Below, piece after piece: positions 1-10,859 of a stretch of DNA of 64,000 nt. The DNA is taken from positions 7,609 to 71,608 of the forward strand of contig JALSNX010000028.1 in assembly GCA_026986775.1 (NCBI GenBank). Direction: 5' to 3'. Numbering within the stretch: position 1 is the first letter of the stretch; the number at the start of each line of letters is the position of its first letter. Both the position numbers and the translations under genes were made by a program. Source of the stretch: a candidate division WOR-3 bacterium. GTDB lineage: Bacteria; Hydrothermota; Hydrothermia; UBA1063; CAJXJZ01. The notes under the pieces were generated by a model. It was given only the letters and a program-made list of their open reading frames with translations. It was not told the origin of the DNA and did no database searches.

Positions 1-637
1 AAACAAACGAGCTTTCAATTTTCTTTGCTCTTCCTATACTACCCCCAGAAAGGGAATACAGTGTCAGGACAGGAATCTGCCCCTCAAAAGGATATTCTTT
101 AAACTCCTCAAATTTTAAAGGCCCAAAAGTGAATCTTTTTCCGCGTGAATAGACCGTGGGCAAAATTCTTTCTCTGTGAGATATAACCATTATTATAACT
201 GTTTCATGCGGTGGCTCTTCCAGCGTTTTAAGGAAACTGTTTTGTGATTCTGTGTTCAAATTTTCACCGTTTAACACAAGAACAACTCTCATGCTGGCTT
301 CAAATGTTCCCTTTTTTGAGAGTTCCTTTTCAAGTTCTCTGATTTTATCTATCCGTATATCTTTTGAAATATCAAAGTTGAGTGGCCTTATACCAACAGA
401 AATGTCTATTTCCGGGTCATCCATGGGTTGTACAAGATAAAAATCAGGACTCATAATGGGCTCTTTTTTCCCATCGTACATTATAAGACTGGCAAACGCA
501 TAAGCCATCTGTGCTTTTCCCACTCCCATGGGACCTTCAAAAATAAGAAATGGAGGAATAGAGCCATTTTCATACAGTTTCAAAAGAAGTCTTTTTTCGT
601 TTTCATGACCTATCACTGAAGAAAAAATGTTATCCAT
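1..637 (-). CDS. holB: DNA polymerase III delta' subunit-like clamp-loader AAA+ protein; N-terminal part only, the C-terminus runs off the window
   Basis: Minus-strand translation from the ATG at 637..635 reads [53 protein letters not shown]...[60 protein letters not shown] with no stop down to position 1. The GxxGx[14 protein letters not shown] and SR(C)xxFxF motifs are typical of HolB. A good SD (AAGGGAGGAAC) lies 9 nt upstream. It overlaps the uvrA stop by 8 nt. It is missing from the ORF track because there is no stop codon inside the window. Confidence 0.6.
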   Translation of the reverse strand, partial: MDNIFSSVIGHENEKRLLLKLYENGSIPPFLIFEGPMGVGKAQMAYAFASLIMYDGKKEPIMSPDFYLVQPMDDPEIDISVGIRPLNFDISKDIRIDKIRELEKELSKKGTFEASMRVVLVLNGENLNTESQNSFLKTLEEPPHETVIIMVISHRERILPTVYSRGKRFTFGPLKFEEFKEYPFEGQIPVLTLYSLSGGSIGRAKKIESSFV

Positions 638-3410
638 GCCTTTCAAGTTCCTCCCTTAAAAACCTGCCTGTATAAGATTTGTCACACCCGGCCACCTCCT
701 CTGGAGTTCCTTCAACAACTACACGCCCTCCCTTTTCTCCTCCTTCAGGTCCGAGGTCAATTATCCAGTCCGCTGACTTTATCACATCAAGGTTATGCTC
801 TATTACAAGAACGGTATTGCCCTTATCAACAAGTCTTTTCAATACCTTTATGAGTTTTCTCACATCCTCAAAATGCAGTCCAGTGGTTGGCTCATCAAGA
901 ATGTAAAGAGTATTTCCCTTCGGCATTCGTGAAAGTTCTCTCGCAAGTTTTATCCTCTGCGCTTCACCACCAGAAAGTGTGGTGGCTGGTTGACCTAATT
1001 TTATGTATCCAAGTCCCACATCTTTGAGTAATTTCAACTTTCTTTCAATAGATGGGATGTCTTTAAACAGTTTATAGGCATCATCCACGCTCATATCAAG
1101 CACATCTGCAATGCTATAACCTTTGTATTTCACTTCAAGTGTTTCTCTATTAAACCGTTTTCCTTTACACACATCGCAGGGTACATAAACATCCGGTAAA
1201 AACTGCATTTCTACCTTGATAAACCCCTCTCCCCTGCAGGCCTCACATCGTCCACCCTTCACATTGAACGAGAACCTGCCCGGAGCATACCCTCTCTTCT
1301 TTGCCTCAGGCAAAGATGCGAACAGTTCCCTTATAGCAGTAAAAGCAGATGTATAGGTTGCTGGATTTGAGCGGGGCGTCCTTCCAATGGGAGACTGGTC
1401 AATATTGATAACCTTACCGATAAACTCAACTCCCTCAATCTCATCGTGTTCACCGACCTGAACCTTTGCACCATAAAAACGTCTTATCAGGGCATGATAC
1501 AGGGTATCTTCAATTAGTGAAGATTTTCCAGAACCTGAAACACCCGTCACGCACACAAAAAGACCAAGCGGTATTTTGACATCTATATTTTTTAAGTTAT
1601 TATGCTTTGCACCTTTGATAGTCAGAAATCTTCCATCAGGCCTGCGTCTCTTTCTGGGCACATCAATCTTTCTTTCTCCCTTTAAGTACTTCCCGGTAAG
1701 TGAGCGCGGATGGGCTTTTATATCCTCAATAGTTCCTTCCGCAACGACTTTGCCTCCACGATAACCTGCACCAGGACCAAGGTCTATTATCCAGTCTGCA
1801 TTTTCCATTGTTTCCCGGTCATGCTCAACCACTATAACAGAGTTACCCTGGTCCCTCAACTTCTTCAAAGTATTTACAAGTCTTCGTGTATCACGGGGAT
1901 GCAGGCCTATTGTGGGCTCATCAAGGATGTACAGCACTCCAACCAGGCCAGAGCCAATCTGTGTTGCAAGTCTTACCCTCTGGTCCTCCCCTGATGAAAG
2001 GGTCTCTGTTGGTCTATCAAGTGTGAGATAGGAAAGTCCTATATCACGTAAAAAGGAAAGTCTTCTCAAAATCTCCTTTACAATCTGCCTGGCAATGATT
2101 TTCTTTCTGCCCTCAAATTTGAGATTTTCAAAAAAGTAAATGGCCTCATCAATGTTCATTTTCGTGATGTCATGTATATTCTTGCCCTCTATTTTTACAG
2201 ATAGCGCCTCTTTTCTCAGTCTTGAGCCACCACAAACAGGACATGTACGATAAACCAGATATTTTTCAAGTTCGTTTTTCATCCAGTCAGACTCTGTTTG
2301 CTTGTACCTTCTCCATACGTACTGAGCCACAGGTTCAAAGGCTATGTATCCTGCATTATCGCCGAATATAATGGCTCTCTTAAATTCTTCAGGTAGCCTT
2401 CTCCATGGTGCATTCAGGTCAACCCCAAACCTTTCAGCAAGACGCAAAAGTTCTTTTCTCAAGAACGGATTTGGCTCACCCCAGACCTTTATTGCTCCCT
2501 CCAGAATACTGAGCCCGGGGTCAGAAATTAGTGCCTCTGGTGACACCTCTATCTTAACACCCAATCCACCACAGGCAGGACATGCACCGTATGGCGAATT
2601 AAAAGAAAAGAGCCTCGGCTCTATTTCTGGCAAGGAATATCCACACACAGGGCACATGAGTTTTTCCGAATAGGTCTTCTCATTTCCATCTTCAGTGAGT
2701 ATTTTCACAAGTCCATCAGCTTCCTTCATGGCCTGTTCTACGGACTCTGCAAGACGGGACCTCGTATCTCCAAAGACCTTTAATCTATCAACTAAAATTT
2801 CTATATCATGCGCCCTGTAACGTTCAAGTTCAGGCGGCTGCTCAACATCATAAATGCTTCCATCCACGCGGACCCTTACATACCCCTTTTTCATTATTTT
2901 CTCAAAGAGCGTTCTGTATTCTCCTTTTCTTCCCCTTACTATAGGTGCAAGAACCATTATTCTTTTGCCATTCTCTTCAGAAATAATCTCGTCAACAATT
3001 TCATCAACAGTACTCTTTTTGAGTTCAATTCCACAGTTGGGGCAATACGGTGTTCCAACCCTTGCAAACAGAAGCCTGAGATAGTCGTAAATCTCGGTTG
3101 TGGTAGCAACAGTTGAACGTGGATTTTTTGAAGATTTTCTCTGCTCAATTGAAATTGCAGGGGATAGGCCATCTATATGGTCAACATCAGGTTTTTGCAA
3201 AAGCCCAAGAAATTGCCTTGCATATGCCGAGAGAGACTCAACATATCTCCTCTGCCCCTCAGCATATATAGTGTCAAAAGCTAAAGAGGACTTACCGGAG
3301 CCAGAAACTCCAGTTATAACAACAATTTTGTCCCGTGGTATTTTTACATCAATATTCTTTAAATTGTGGACTCTGGCGCCCTTTATTTCTATAAACTCTC
3401 TTTTTGCCAT
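630..3410 (-). CDS. uvrA: Excinuclease ABC subunit A (UvrA)
   Basis: 926 aa. N-terminal [69 protein letters not shown]. Two ABC ATPase modules and Zn-finger CxxC pairs. Full-length UvrA architecture. Confidence 0.95.
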   Translation of the reverse strand: MAKREFIEIKGARVHNLKNIDVKIPRDKIVVITGVSGSGKSSLAFDTIYAEGQRRYVESLSAYARQFLGLLQKPDVDHIDGLSPAISIEQRKSSKNPRSTVATTTEIYDYLRLLFARVGTPYCPNCGIELKKSTVDEIVDEIISEENGKRIMVLAPIVRGRKGEYRTLFEKIMKKGYVRVRVDGSIYDVEQPPELERYRAHDIEILVDRLKVFGDTRSRLAESVEQAMKEADGLVKILTEDGNEKTYSEKLMCPVCGYSLPEIEPRLFSFNSPYGACPACGGLGVKIEVSPEALISDPGLSILEGAIKVWGEPNPFLRKELLRLAERFGVDLNAPWRRLPEEFKRAIIFGDNAGYIAFEPVAQYVWRRYKQTESDWMKNELEKYLVYRTCPVCGGSRLRKEALSVKIEGKNIHDITKMNIDEAIYFFENLKFEGRKKIIARQIVKEILRRLSFLRDIGLSYLTLDRPTETLSSGEDQRVRLATQIGSGLVGVLYILDEPTIGLHPRDTRRLVNTLKKLRDQGNSVIVVEHDRETMENADWIIDLGPGAGYRGGKVVAEGTIEDIKAHPRSLTGKYLKGERKIDVPRKRRRPDGRFLTIKGAKHNNLKNIDVKIPLGLFVCVTGVSGSGKSSLIEDTLYHALIRRFYGAKVQVGEHDEIEGVEFIGKVINIDQSPIGRTPRSNPATYTSAFTAIRELFASLPEAKKRGYAPGRFSFNVKGGRCEACRGEGFIKVEMQFLPDVYVPCDVCKGKRFNRETLEVKYKGYSIADVLDMSVDDAYKLFKDIPSIERKLKLLKDVGLGYIKLGQPATTLSGGEAQRIKLARELSRMPKGNTLYILDEPTTGLHFEDVRKLIKVLKRLVDKGNTVLVIEHNLDVIKSADWIIDLGPEGGEKGGRVVVEGTPEEVAGCDKSYTGRFLREELERHG

Positions 3411-3416
3411 GCAAAT

Positions 3417-4604
3417 CTACTTCAAAAGTCCCAGTTCTATATGTCTCTCTTTGATTCTATCAGCCAGCTCTGTAATTTTTTCATAATCTTCTTTTCGTGG
3501 ATGTCCTTTAATCAGGAGAGGCTCAAAAACATGTGCTTTTATGTTGGATAAAAGTCCTTTAAGTTGTTCTGTCATTCTTCCTCCCCATCCATATGAGCCA
3601 ATAATACCAATGTTTTTAGTCTTGGGACGAAGGGCATTCATCAAAAAGGCTGCATAAACCGCTTTGGGATGCGCACCTGCAAGAACCTGTGGACTTGCAA
3701 GAATAACGGTGGCAGCATCAACAAGAGCCATGGCCAATTTTCCTGTATCAGTGACAGTAAGATTACAGGGTTTTACGTCAATCCCCCTTTCAACAAGCCT
3801 GTCAACAAGATAGTATACTATCCGCTCAGTGCTACCATGCATGGAAACATAAGGAATAATAACCACATTTTCAACTCTTTCAGAAATCCAGTCTTTATAA
3901 GCATTAACTATGATTTCTGGTTTTTTCCATATAGAACCATGACTTGGCGCAATTATATCTACATCATATTGCTCTATTTTCTCAATATTTCGCTTTATCT
4001 GGGCTCTGAAAGGCATCATTATCTCTGCGTAATACCTCTTGGCATCCTCTATAACTTTGGCCTCATCTCTTACAAAAACACTTGCACCTGCATAATGGGA
4101 ACCAAAGAAATCGCATGTGAACATAATTTTATCCTCTACAAGATACGTGGACATGGTTTCAGGCCAGTGAACCCACGGTGTTAAAAGAAACTTCAGAGTT
4201 TTGTCACCAAGAGAAAGGGTATCACCCTCATCCACTATTATAAATTTTTCTTCATCTACATGAAGCAGGTCTTCAAGAAACATTTTACATTTTTTATTAG
4301 TTACCACCTTCGCCATGGGAAACTTCTGTAAAACATGGGGAATGGAACCAGAGTGGTCCTGCTCAGCATGCTGAGATATTACATAGTCAATTCTTTCAAC
4401 GCCCAGACTTTCAAGGTTTTCAAAGAGAACATCCTTCTTTTGTGGATCAACGGTATCAATCAACGCAGTTTTTTCACTTCCGATGATAAGATAAGCATTA
4501 TAAGTTGTGCCATCAGGGAGAGGTATGAGTTCATCAAATAGCCTTCTATCATAATGTGCAGCACCCACTTCAAAAATTCTTTCTTTTATTTTGTGAACAC
4601 TCAT
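3417..4604 (-). CDS. Flavodiiron protein (FprA/ROO-type O2 or NO reductase): metallo-beta-lactamase domain plus flavodoxin domain
   Basis: 395 aa. HAEQDHSG di-iron ligand motif (HxExDH), beta-lactamase fold in the N-terminal part, C-terminal flavodoxin-like [11 protein letters not shown]. Confidence 0.85.
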   Translation of the reverse strand: MSVHKIKERIFEVGAAHYDRRLFDELIPLPDGTTYNAYLIIGSEKTALIDTVDPQKKDVLFENLESLGVERIDYVISQHAEQDHSGSIPHVLQKFPMAKVVTNKKCKMFLEDLLHVDEEKFIIVDEGDTLSLGDKTLKFLLTPWVHWPETMSTYLVEDKIMFTCDFFGSHYAGASVFVRDEAKVIEDAKRYYAEIMMPFRAQIKRNIEKIEQYDVDIIAPSHGSIWKKPEIIVNAYKDWISERVENVVIIPYVSMHGSTERIVYYLVDRLVERGIDVKPCNLTVTDTGKLAMALVDAATVILASPQVLAGAHPKAVYAAFLMNALRPKTKNIGIIGSYGWGGRMTEQLKGLLSNIKAHVFEPLLIKGHPRKEDYEKITELADRIKERHIELGLLK

Positions 4605-4672
4605 TTTTCACCTCCGGTTATACTTTAATTTTAGCGTATCTCCTGCGTATGACAAAGCGATTTAAAATTATT

Positions 4673-6340
4673 CTAAAACAGCCCTTCTATGTTGCCATTT
4701 TCATCAATATCTATTTTAAGAGCGGCTGGCTCCTTTGGAAGACCCGGCATGAGCATAATATCACCTGTTACTGGAACAAGAAAACCTGCACCGCTTGATA
4801 TGTTTATACTTCTCACTGTTACAAGAAAATCTTTGGGCCTTCCAAGCAGTTTTGGATTGTCAGAAAGCGACTTCTGGGTCTTTGCTATACATACGAGCAG
4901 CTTTTCAAGTCCTAATTTTTTAATCTTTTTAAGGTCTTTTTTCGCCTGTGATGTGAAATCAACTGCTTTTGAACCGTATATTTCGGATGTTACTGTTTTA
5001 ATTTTATCCTCAATACTCATATCAAGTGAATACAGGGGTTTATAAGTGCCTTCATGATTGGACAGTTCAACAACCTTTTCTGCAAGGGTCACGGCACCCT
5101 TTGAACCCTCGGCATGAGCAGTTACAACAACAGCGCTGCTACCCTTTTCTTCAACAAAGCGTTTTATAACATCTATTTCTTCGTCTGTATCAGTTTCAAA
5201 CCTGTTAATTGCAACAACACTTGGAACATTGAATTTTGCAATATTTTCAAGATGTTTTTCAAGATTTGGAAGCCCCTTTTCCACATGTTCTGGTGATGGG
5301 ACGGTAAGTTCTTTCTTATCCATTCCCCCGTGCATCTTAAGGGCTCTTACAGTGGCAACAAGCACTACAACTTTGGGGTTCAGACCAGAAGACCTTGCAA
5401 CGATGTCAAAGAATTTTTCCGCACCGAGGTCAAATCCAAAACCTGCCTCTGTCACCACATAGTCAGCAATCTTAAGAGCCATTTTCATGGATATAACAGA
5501 GCAGGTGCCCTGAGCGATGTTTGCAAAGGGTCCTGCATGGACGAAAGCAGGTGTGTTCTCTGTTGTCTGAACGAGATTGGGTTTTAAGGCATCTCTCAAG
5601 AGTGCGGAAACTGCACCTTCAAATTTCAGGTCTTTCACATATACGGGTTCATTGTCAAAGGTAAATCCAAGAAGTATGTTCTTTATCCTCTCCTTCAGGT
5701 CCTTATAGGAAGTGGCAAGCCCCAATATTGCCATTATTTCAGAGGCAGCTGTAATATAAAATCCTGTTTCTCTCGGACATCCATTCTGCTTGCCTCCAAG
5801 CCCCACAATTATATCACGCAGGGCTCTGTCGTTCATATCAACCACACGAGGCCACACAACCGTTCTCGGGTCTATCATGGGGTCCTTACGCCTGTGTATA
5901 TGATTATCCACCATTGCAGCTATAAGATTGTGGGCAGCACTCACAGCGTGTATATCCCCTGTAAAATGCAGATTTATATCTTCCATCGGCAAAACCTGAG
6001 AATAACCTCCACCCGTGGCACCGCCCTTTATTCCAAACAGAGGGCCCATTGAGGGCTCTCTAAGGGTCACAATTGAACTCTTACCAATCCTATTAAGACC
6101 AAGAGATAAACCAATTGATACAGTGGTCTTACCCTCTCCAGCGGGAGTGGGAGTAATTGCTGAAACCAGTATTAATCTTCCGTCTTTTTCACTTTTTACT
6201 TCCTCCCAGAAGGAGAGGTTAACCTTCGCCTTATACTCACCATATTTTTCAAGGTATTTCAATGGAATATTCACTTTATCTGCCACTTTATCTATGGGCA
6301 AAAGGTCTGTTTTCCTTGCAATTTCAATATCACTTAACAT
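4673..6340 (-). CDS. fhs: Formate--tetrahydrofolate ligase
   Basis: 555 aa. MLSDIEIARKTDLLPIDKVADKVNIPLKYLEKYGEYKAKVNL...TPTPAGEGKTTVSIGL is a canonical FTHFS N-terminus with P-loop. Confidence 0.95.
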   Translation of the reverse strand: MLSDIEIARKTDLLPIDKVADKVNIPLKYLEKYGEYKAKVNLSFWEEVKSEKDGRLILVSAITPTPAGEGKTTVSIGLSLGLNRIGKSSIVTLREPSMGPLFGIKGGATGGGYSQVLPMEDINLHFTGDIHAVSAAHNLIAAMVDNHIHRRKDPMIDPRTVVWPRVVDMNDRALRDIIVGLGGKQNGCPRETGFYITAASEIMAILGLATSYKDLKERIKNILLGFTFDNEPVYVKDLKFEGAVSALLRDALKPNLVQTTENTPAFVHAGPFANIAQGTCSVISMKMALKIADYVVTEAGFGFDLGAEKFFDIVARSSGLNPKVVVLVATVRALKMHGGMDKKELTVPSPEHVEKGLPNLEKHLENIAKFNVPSVVAINRFETDTDEEIDVIKRFVEEKGSSAVVVTAHAEGSKGAVTLAEKVVELSNHEGTYKPLYSLDMSIEDKIKTVTSEIYGSKAVDFTSQAKKDLKKIKKLGLEKLLVCIAKTQKSLSDNPKLLGRPKDFLVTVRSINISSGAGFLVPVTGDIMLMPGLPKEPAALKIDIDENGNIEGLF

Positions 6341-6354
6341 ACTTACCTCCTCAT

Positions 6355-7239
6355 TTAAATATCAACACCGATTATTTTCCTTGCAAGAATACCTATGGCA
6401 AAGGATAAAAGAGCGACCCCGAAACTTATGAGGAACATTTCCCAGAAAGTTTTTTTGAAGTTTGCCCCCCTCACCACAGACACAAAAAATGTGAAAAAGT
6501 ATATTACAAAGAGTGCGGCAAAGAGTGTAAAGACAAATGCCACATAGTAGTGTTTAAATAAAAAGTACGGAATCACAATCAAAAAGACGGTAAAAATATA
6601 TGCTATTCCTGTATAAAATGACCCTTTTAAGGGATTTTTGTCACCCTCGTGCCTTCTTGAGAGATACTCAGAGGCAGCCATTGACAAAGAGGCTGCAATG
6701 CCCGTAATCACCCCGGCAAGCCCCACTAACTTTGTATTCCTGAGGGCAAAGGTAAGTCCGGCTATGGTTCCAGTTATCTCAACAAGGGCATCGTTTAGCC
6801 CCAGGACCATTGAGCCTATGTATTCTAATTTTTCTTCATTAAGCATATCAATAAGAGCGTTTTCATGCGTAACCTCATCCTGAATTATATGTTCTGCCTC
6901 TTCAATATGCCCCTTTATAGCTTCGTAAGACTTCTGGGCATCCTCCTCTCCCCCTTCCATGAGTTTAACAGCAAAGGTGATACCCATGATCCGTGCTATT
7001 ATGGTGTACAGAAAAACCCTGAGTCTATCGGGTTTTACATCCACACCGGTGTATTTTTTCCATATTTCATAGTGTGCCCTCTCATCCCTTGCTATTTTTT
7101 CAAGCACCTTTCTGTTTTCACCCTTTGCCATTTTTGCAAGTTTCAGATAAAAATAATGTTCTGTAATTTCATTTTTCTGAAATTCAATTATTTTTTTTCT
7201 AAGTCTCTCATCCATGTTGTTGCTCCTTTTTATTCCCAA
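6355..7239 (-). CDS. Ferritin-like (rubrerythrin/erythrin-type) domain fused to a VIT1/CCC1-family iron transporter membrane domain
   Basis: 294 aa. N-terminal four-helix-bundle motifs (ExxH-like: ERAHYEIWKKY, EEAEHIIQDEVTHE). The C-terminal half is hydrophobic with the VIT1 signature LGLNDALVEITGTIAGLT. Confidence 0.75.
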   Translation of the reverse strand: MGIKRSNNMDERLRKKIIEFQKNEITEHYFYLKLAKMAKGENRKVLEKIARDERAHYEIWKKYTGVDVKPDRLRVFLYTIIARIMGITFAVKLMEGGEEDAQKSYEAIKGHIEEAEHIIQDEVTHENALIDMLNEEKLEYIGSMVLGLNDALVEITGTIAGLTFALRNTKLVGLAGVITGIAASLSMAASEYLSRRHEGDKNPLKGSFYTGIAYIFTVFLIVIPYFLFKHYYVAFVFTLFAALFVIYFFTFFVSVVRGANFKKTFWEMFLISFGVALLSFAIGILARKIIGVDI

Positions 7240-9235
7240 GTCTATAAATCACGAATCTTTTATTTTCAAAAACTTTTCTTAATAAAGCCCTGCCACTTAT
7301 TTCAGTATCATCAATCTCCCTGTTGCAGATGATTTCGCGGGGCACAATGAAATAATCAATGTGATATTTATCAGAAAGGACTTCTTCTGGAAAATTTCCT
7401 TTACCCTCAAAGTATTCATCAATTTTCCGTGCTATTTTCATTCTTTTGTACCATTCTATTGCAAACCTTCTGTTAAACACACCTTTTCCGCCGTCAGTAA
7501 ACAGGACAAATACATTTCTTAATAACCTATTTCTTAGCCATACTCCTACAAGGTTATCTCTGTTCCAGACGTAAAAAACATCATTCTCATTGGTATGATC
7601 TTTTATCCATGAGAATACCTCATTTAATAACCACCTGTTTCTGTATTCTGGTAGGTAGCTTTTAATATTAACACTCCGCAAATATGAATTAAATATCTCC
7701 GTTTCATCTCTTAATATGCGGTTTATAGTATCGTCTTTCCCTTCACTATAATTACTCAAGGCATATAGACCGGACAAAAGAATCATTGAGGCAAGTAGAG
7801 TTTTGAAAGCAAAAAGGGAGTTCCTGACACTCCACAGATATGCGAACAATACACAGGCACTCAGAGCAATAACTAAATAAATTAATACTGGGACTGGCTT
7901 TTGAAGTAGAACGAGCCAGGATGAATAAAGAAATATGACATCTCCACTTAGTAAAATAAGGGAAATAAGCCATACCGGCCAATATCTTTTTTTTGAATAT
8001 AATAATAGACCTTTACTTTTTGTAAACACAAACAGTATACCCAGTATACCCGTCAATGGTAAAACCATAAACTCATATACAATATTAAAAATAACCAAAA
8101 TAGTGAGTAACCATAGAAAAATAATATTTTTCAAAAACAAATTGTTGATTTTAAATGAAATTATATTATAAAATGAACTTAAAAAGAGTATTAATAAAAT
8201 TACTCTAAAAAAAATAGTTACTCTGAGCAGTTGTAAAGACAATAATGGCTGAACGGGAAATAGAGAAGAAATAACCCCAATAATTGCACTTAATAATGAG
8301 AATATCACTAAATAGTGTATTTTCAATACATCTTTTTTTGCTAAACTCATTCTACCAGTATATGATAACATTTTGTATAAAATAGCATAAGAAATTATAC
8401 CCACTGGAAGCAATATAAGATATATGATATTATATTGCTGATCAAAGAACAAAAAAAGATAGCCACTCCTTAAGATACTTAGCCATTCACTGTCAACGAT
8501 TTTCAGATTCAAAATATGTACAGGAGTAAAACGATAATTCACTATAAAGTACAACGTCAATAAAATTATACTCCCAGCTAATACAATCAAAAATTTTGCT
8601 CTACTATCAAATTCACAAAATCTTGTCTTATAATAATAATAAAAAACTGCACCAATAATAGGTATAGGTGTAATAACATGAAATGCAAGTGCTACAAGTA
8701 GCATTATACCTGCCAGAACATACCGTTCCTTTCTGTAAAATGATATTGCTATTAGAGAAAGTGCAAAAGATATATTACGTGGAACAAGTCCATAGGGATT
8801 AAACACTCTAATGAAAGTAAATAAATATGGAGTTACAGGAGGGAGGAAAACAAGAGGTAAAAAGAGGCTGAATATTTTTCTTTTAGAAATCCAGTAAGAA
8901 AGGTCAAAAAGTCCCCAGAAGATTATGAACTTGGTGATAATATCCAAAATATTTATTATATTTAGTAGCTTAAGTTTAAATGCCCTGTGAATACCAATTA
9001 TTATATTATCGTATATAGTAAAATTTGTTTGTAAAAAAGTAGTGGTTAAATCGTGATTTAGCAACTTAGGATCAATCTTATGTATTATCTCAGGAAGATA
9101 ATGCCAGGCAAGGTCACCATATAAAGTGTAATGTCCGGGAAGAACAAGAAAACTAAACATCGTATAAATAGCAAAAATTAGTGACAGATAAATAAACCCT
9201 GTAGTGTTTTCTTCCAATTCTCTTAACTTCAACAT
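7208..9235 (-). CDS. Large polytopic membrane protein (about 13 predicted TM helices plus a roughly 200-aa C-terminal soluble domain); function unknown, possibly a GT-C-like or Wzy_C-like glycosyl/oligosaccharyl transferase
   Basis: 675 aa. Very hydrophobic N-terminal 470 aa; the C-terminal domain is rich in W/R/Y (NRWLLNEVFSWIKDHTNENDVFYVWNRDNLVGVW). Last gene of a tightly packed ABC-2 operon. Confidence 0.5.
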   Translation of the reverse strand: MLKLRELEENTTGFIYLSLIFAIYTMFSFLVLPGHYTLYGDLAWHYLPEIIHKIDPKLLNHDLTTTFLQTNFTIYDNIIIGIHRAFKLKLLNIINILDIITKFIIFWGLFDLSYWISKRKIFSLFLPLVFLPPVTPYLFTFIRVFNPYGLVPRNISFALSLIAISFYRKERYVLAGIMLLVALAFHVITPIPIIGAVFYYYYKTRFCEFDSRAKFLIVLAGSIILLTLYFIVNYRFTPVHILNLKIVDSEWLSILRSGYLFLFFDQQYNIIYLILLPVGIISYAILYKMLSYTGRMSLAKKDVLKIHYLVIFSLLSAIIGVISSLFPVQPLLSLQLLRVTIFFRVILLILFLSSFYNIISFKINNLFLKNIIFLWLLTILVIFNIVYEFMVLPLTGILGILFVFTKSKGLLLYSKKRYWPVWLISLILLSGDVIFLYSSWLVLLQKPVPVLIYLVIALSACVLFAYLWSVRNSLFAFKTLLASMILLSGLYALSNYSEGKDDTINRILRDETEIFNSYLRSVNIKSYLPEYRNRWLLNEVFSWIKDHTNENDVFYVWNRDNLVGVWLRNRLLRNVFVLFTDGGKGVFNRRFAIEWYKRMKIARKIDEYFEGKGNFPEEVLSDKYHIDYFIVPREIICNREIDDTEISGRALLRKVFENKRFVIYRLGNKKEQQHG

Positions 9236-10089
9236 TATTCGTTTTTCCTATGATGCTCCACTAGATTGCTTGTGCTTTTTACTGTTCCATCACTGTCAAT
9301 ATAAAATCTCCCACCATAAGGGTCTTGAGGTATTTTTTTCATATACCCCTTTTGTTTAAGTTCATTTAAATCATACGGTAATCTGCCCTCTTTCCTTTTA
9401 AAGGCCTCCACTGCCCTCTCTATTTTAAGAACTCCAAGTAAAGCCTTTTTTCTCTTTAAAAGTTCCCTTTTCCAGTTTTCATCATCTGTATTCTTAATCT
9501 GACCGTCAAGAATATTCAGTGCTATTTCTGTTCTTCCCGAGGCGTAATAGAGTCTTGATGCAAGAGAGGCGAGAAAGGCGCTGCGTTTTAATTTTGCTGC
9601 CTCTGTCATATACTCAGCAGCAAGGTCATATTTCTTCATGAAGTAAAAATAATTAAAACTCAGAAGGAAATACCAGAACCAATCGCTTTTTCTGTATTTT
9701 ATGGCCCTTTTCAAGACCTTTTCCGCATCACTGTATCTTTTAAAATCCCACATCAGATTCAACGAAGCAATATAGTAAATGTCAAAATAATACGGATTTA
9801 AAGCACTTGCCACTCTGTAAGCCTTAAATACAACATCCCCCACCCATTCTGGAAAGTATGGATGCTGTTCAAGTATGGTCGCAAGAAATACACGTAAATC
9901 AAGAGTAACCCAGAAACTTCTTATTCCCTCATAGTCCAGGCTCATAATTTTTTCTGCCTCTGGTGAAAGGAGAAAAAGCCCTGCATTGGCCTTTTGAATC
10001 TTCCTGTATCGGGATATCTCAGGAACCATATAGGAATTTGTAGCAATCAGAAGACCTGCCAGCAAAAACCCCAAAAACACTCTCTTCAT
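9235..10089 (-). CDS. Secreted or membrane-anchored TPR-like protein with a pseudopilin-like C-terminal motif
   Basis: 284 aa. N-terminal signal/anchor MKRVFLGFLLAGLLIATNSY. Helical repeat region. C-terminal KKIPQDPYGGRFYIDSDGTVKS resembles the GspG/pseudopilin C-terminal DPWG...DG motif. Start overlaps the stop of the upstream gene. Confidence 0.5.
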   Translation of the reverse strand: MKRVFLGFLLAGLLIATNSYMVPEISRYRKIQKANAGLFLLSPEAEKIMSLDYEGIRSFWVTLDLRVFLATILEQHPYFPEWVGDVVFKAYRVASALNPYYFDIYYIASLNLMWDFKRYSDAEKVLKRAIKYRKSDWFWYFLLSFNYFYFMKKYDLAAEYMTEAAKLKRSAFLASLASRLYYASGRTEIALNILDGQIKNTDDENWKRELLKRKKALLGVLKIERAVEAFKRKEGRLPYDLNELKQKGYMKKIPQDPYGGRFYIDSDGTVKSTSNLVEHHRKNE

Positions 10090-10859
10090 TTTATCTCTTT
10101 TTTCTGAAAAAAAAGAATGCTCAAAAGGATAAGAATAAAACTGTATATAAGCCCATATAGAAGGACAAGTATGTAATGTCCCGAACCGATTGAAAGCCCA
10201 TAAGAGAGCGATATCTTCATATCAAAGAAGGAAAAATTTGGAAAAATATAATACGCCGATTTTACAAGAAATTTTGAAATTAGAGGAATGTTCTCTGCTC
10301 GTTTTGTCTGAATAAATTGTACAGCATCGTCAAGATTGACACCAATCACGTAAATAAATAGTATTATGAAGGAAATAAGAACAGGCCGTTTACTGGCATT
10401 TATAAGAAAGTAAGCAAGAGAGGTAATAAGTAGCATCATAACCCATAAAAGTGGTAACTGAAGAAAAAGAACAGTTTTGAATTCTTTAAACAACAGGGCA
10501 TTGAGAATAACAAAGCCAGATAGCATGAGCGTGCTTGTAAAAATACCTGAAAAAACTATTCCGAAAACCCTTCCAAGGATATAATCCATTCTTTTCAGAG
10601 GCAGGGACAGCAGGTACTCAATGGTCTTTTTATTGAGGTCCTCTGTCAAAAAAGAAAAAATCAGGAAGAAGACAAGAACCAGAGTCAAAAACTCGGTGAC
10701 TGAAAGGGAATAGGTAAACATTACTTTTGATGCTTCAAACATGGTAAAATCATTTACAATGAAGTAAATAAAAAGCGAAAATAAATACAGAATCAATGTA
10801 CTGTAAAATGCCCTTTCTTTAACAGCCTCTTTAAGCGTGAGATACAGCATCCGCACCAT
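10086..10859 (-). CDS. ABC-2 family transporter permease
   Basis: 257 aa. Six hydrophobic segments. Translationally coupled (overlapping) with the ABC ATPase gene upstream. Confidence 0.7.
   Translation of the reverse strand: MVRMLYLTLKEAVKERAFYSTLILYLFSLFIYFIVNDFTMFEASKVMFTYSLSVTEFLTLVLVFFLIFSFLTEDLNKKTIEYLLSLPLKRMDYILGRVFGIVFSGIFTSTLMLSGFVILNALLFKEFKTVLFLQLPLLWVMMLLITSLAYFLINASKRPVLISFIILFIYVIGVNLDDAVQFIQTKRAENIPLISKFLVKSAYYIFPNFSFFDMKISLSYGLSIGSGHYILVLLYGLIYSFILILLSILFFQKKEIK

Noticed and set aside
3100-3486. Plus-strand ORFs of 60 to 170 aa (e.g. 3100..3486, 3669..4184, 6015..6431, 6865..7332, 11012..11365, 54073..54480, 55196..55621, 56877..57335) lying inside minus-strand genes.
   Set aside because: They are antisense shadows of long, well-supported minus-strand genes (uvrA, the flavodiiron gene, fhs, the ABC ATPase, the M28 peptidase, leuC, leuB). 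Their composition is low-complexity (S/F/L-rich). They have no SD or homology signal.
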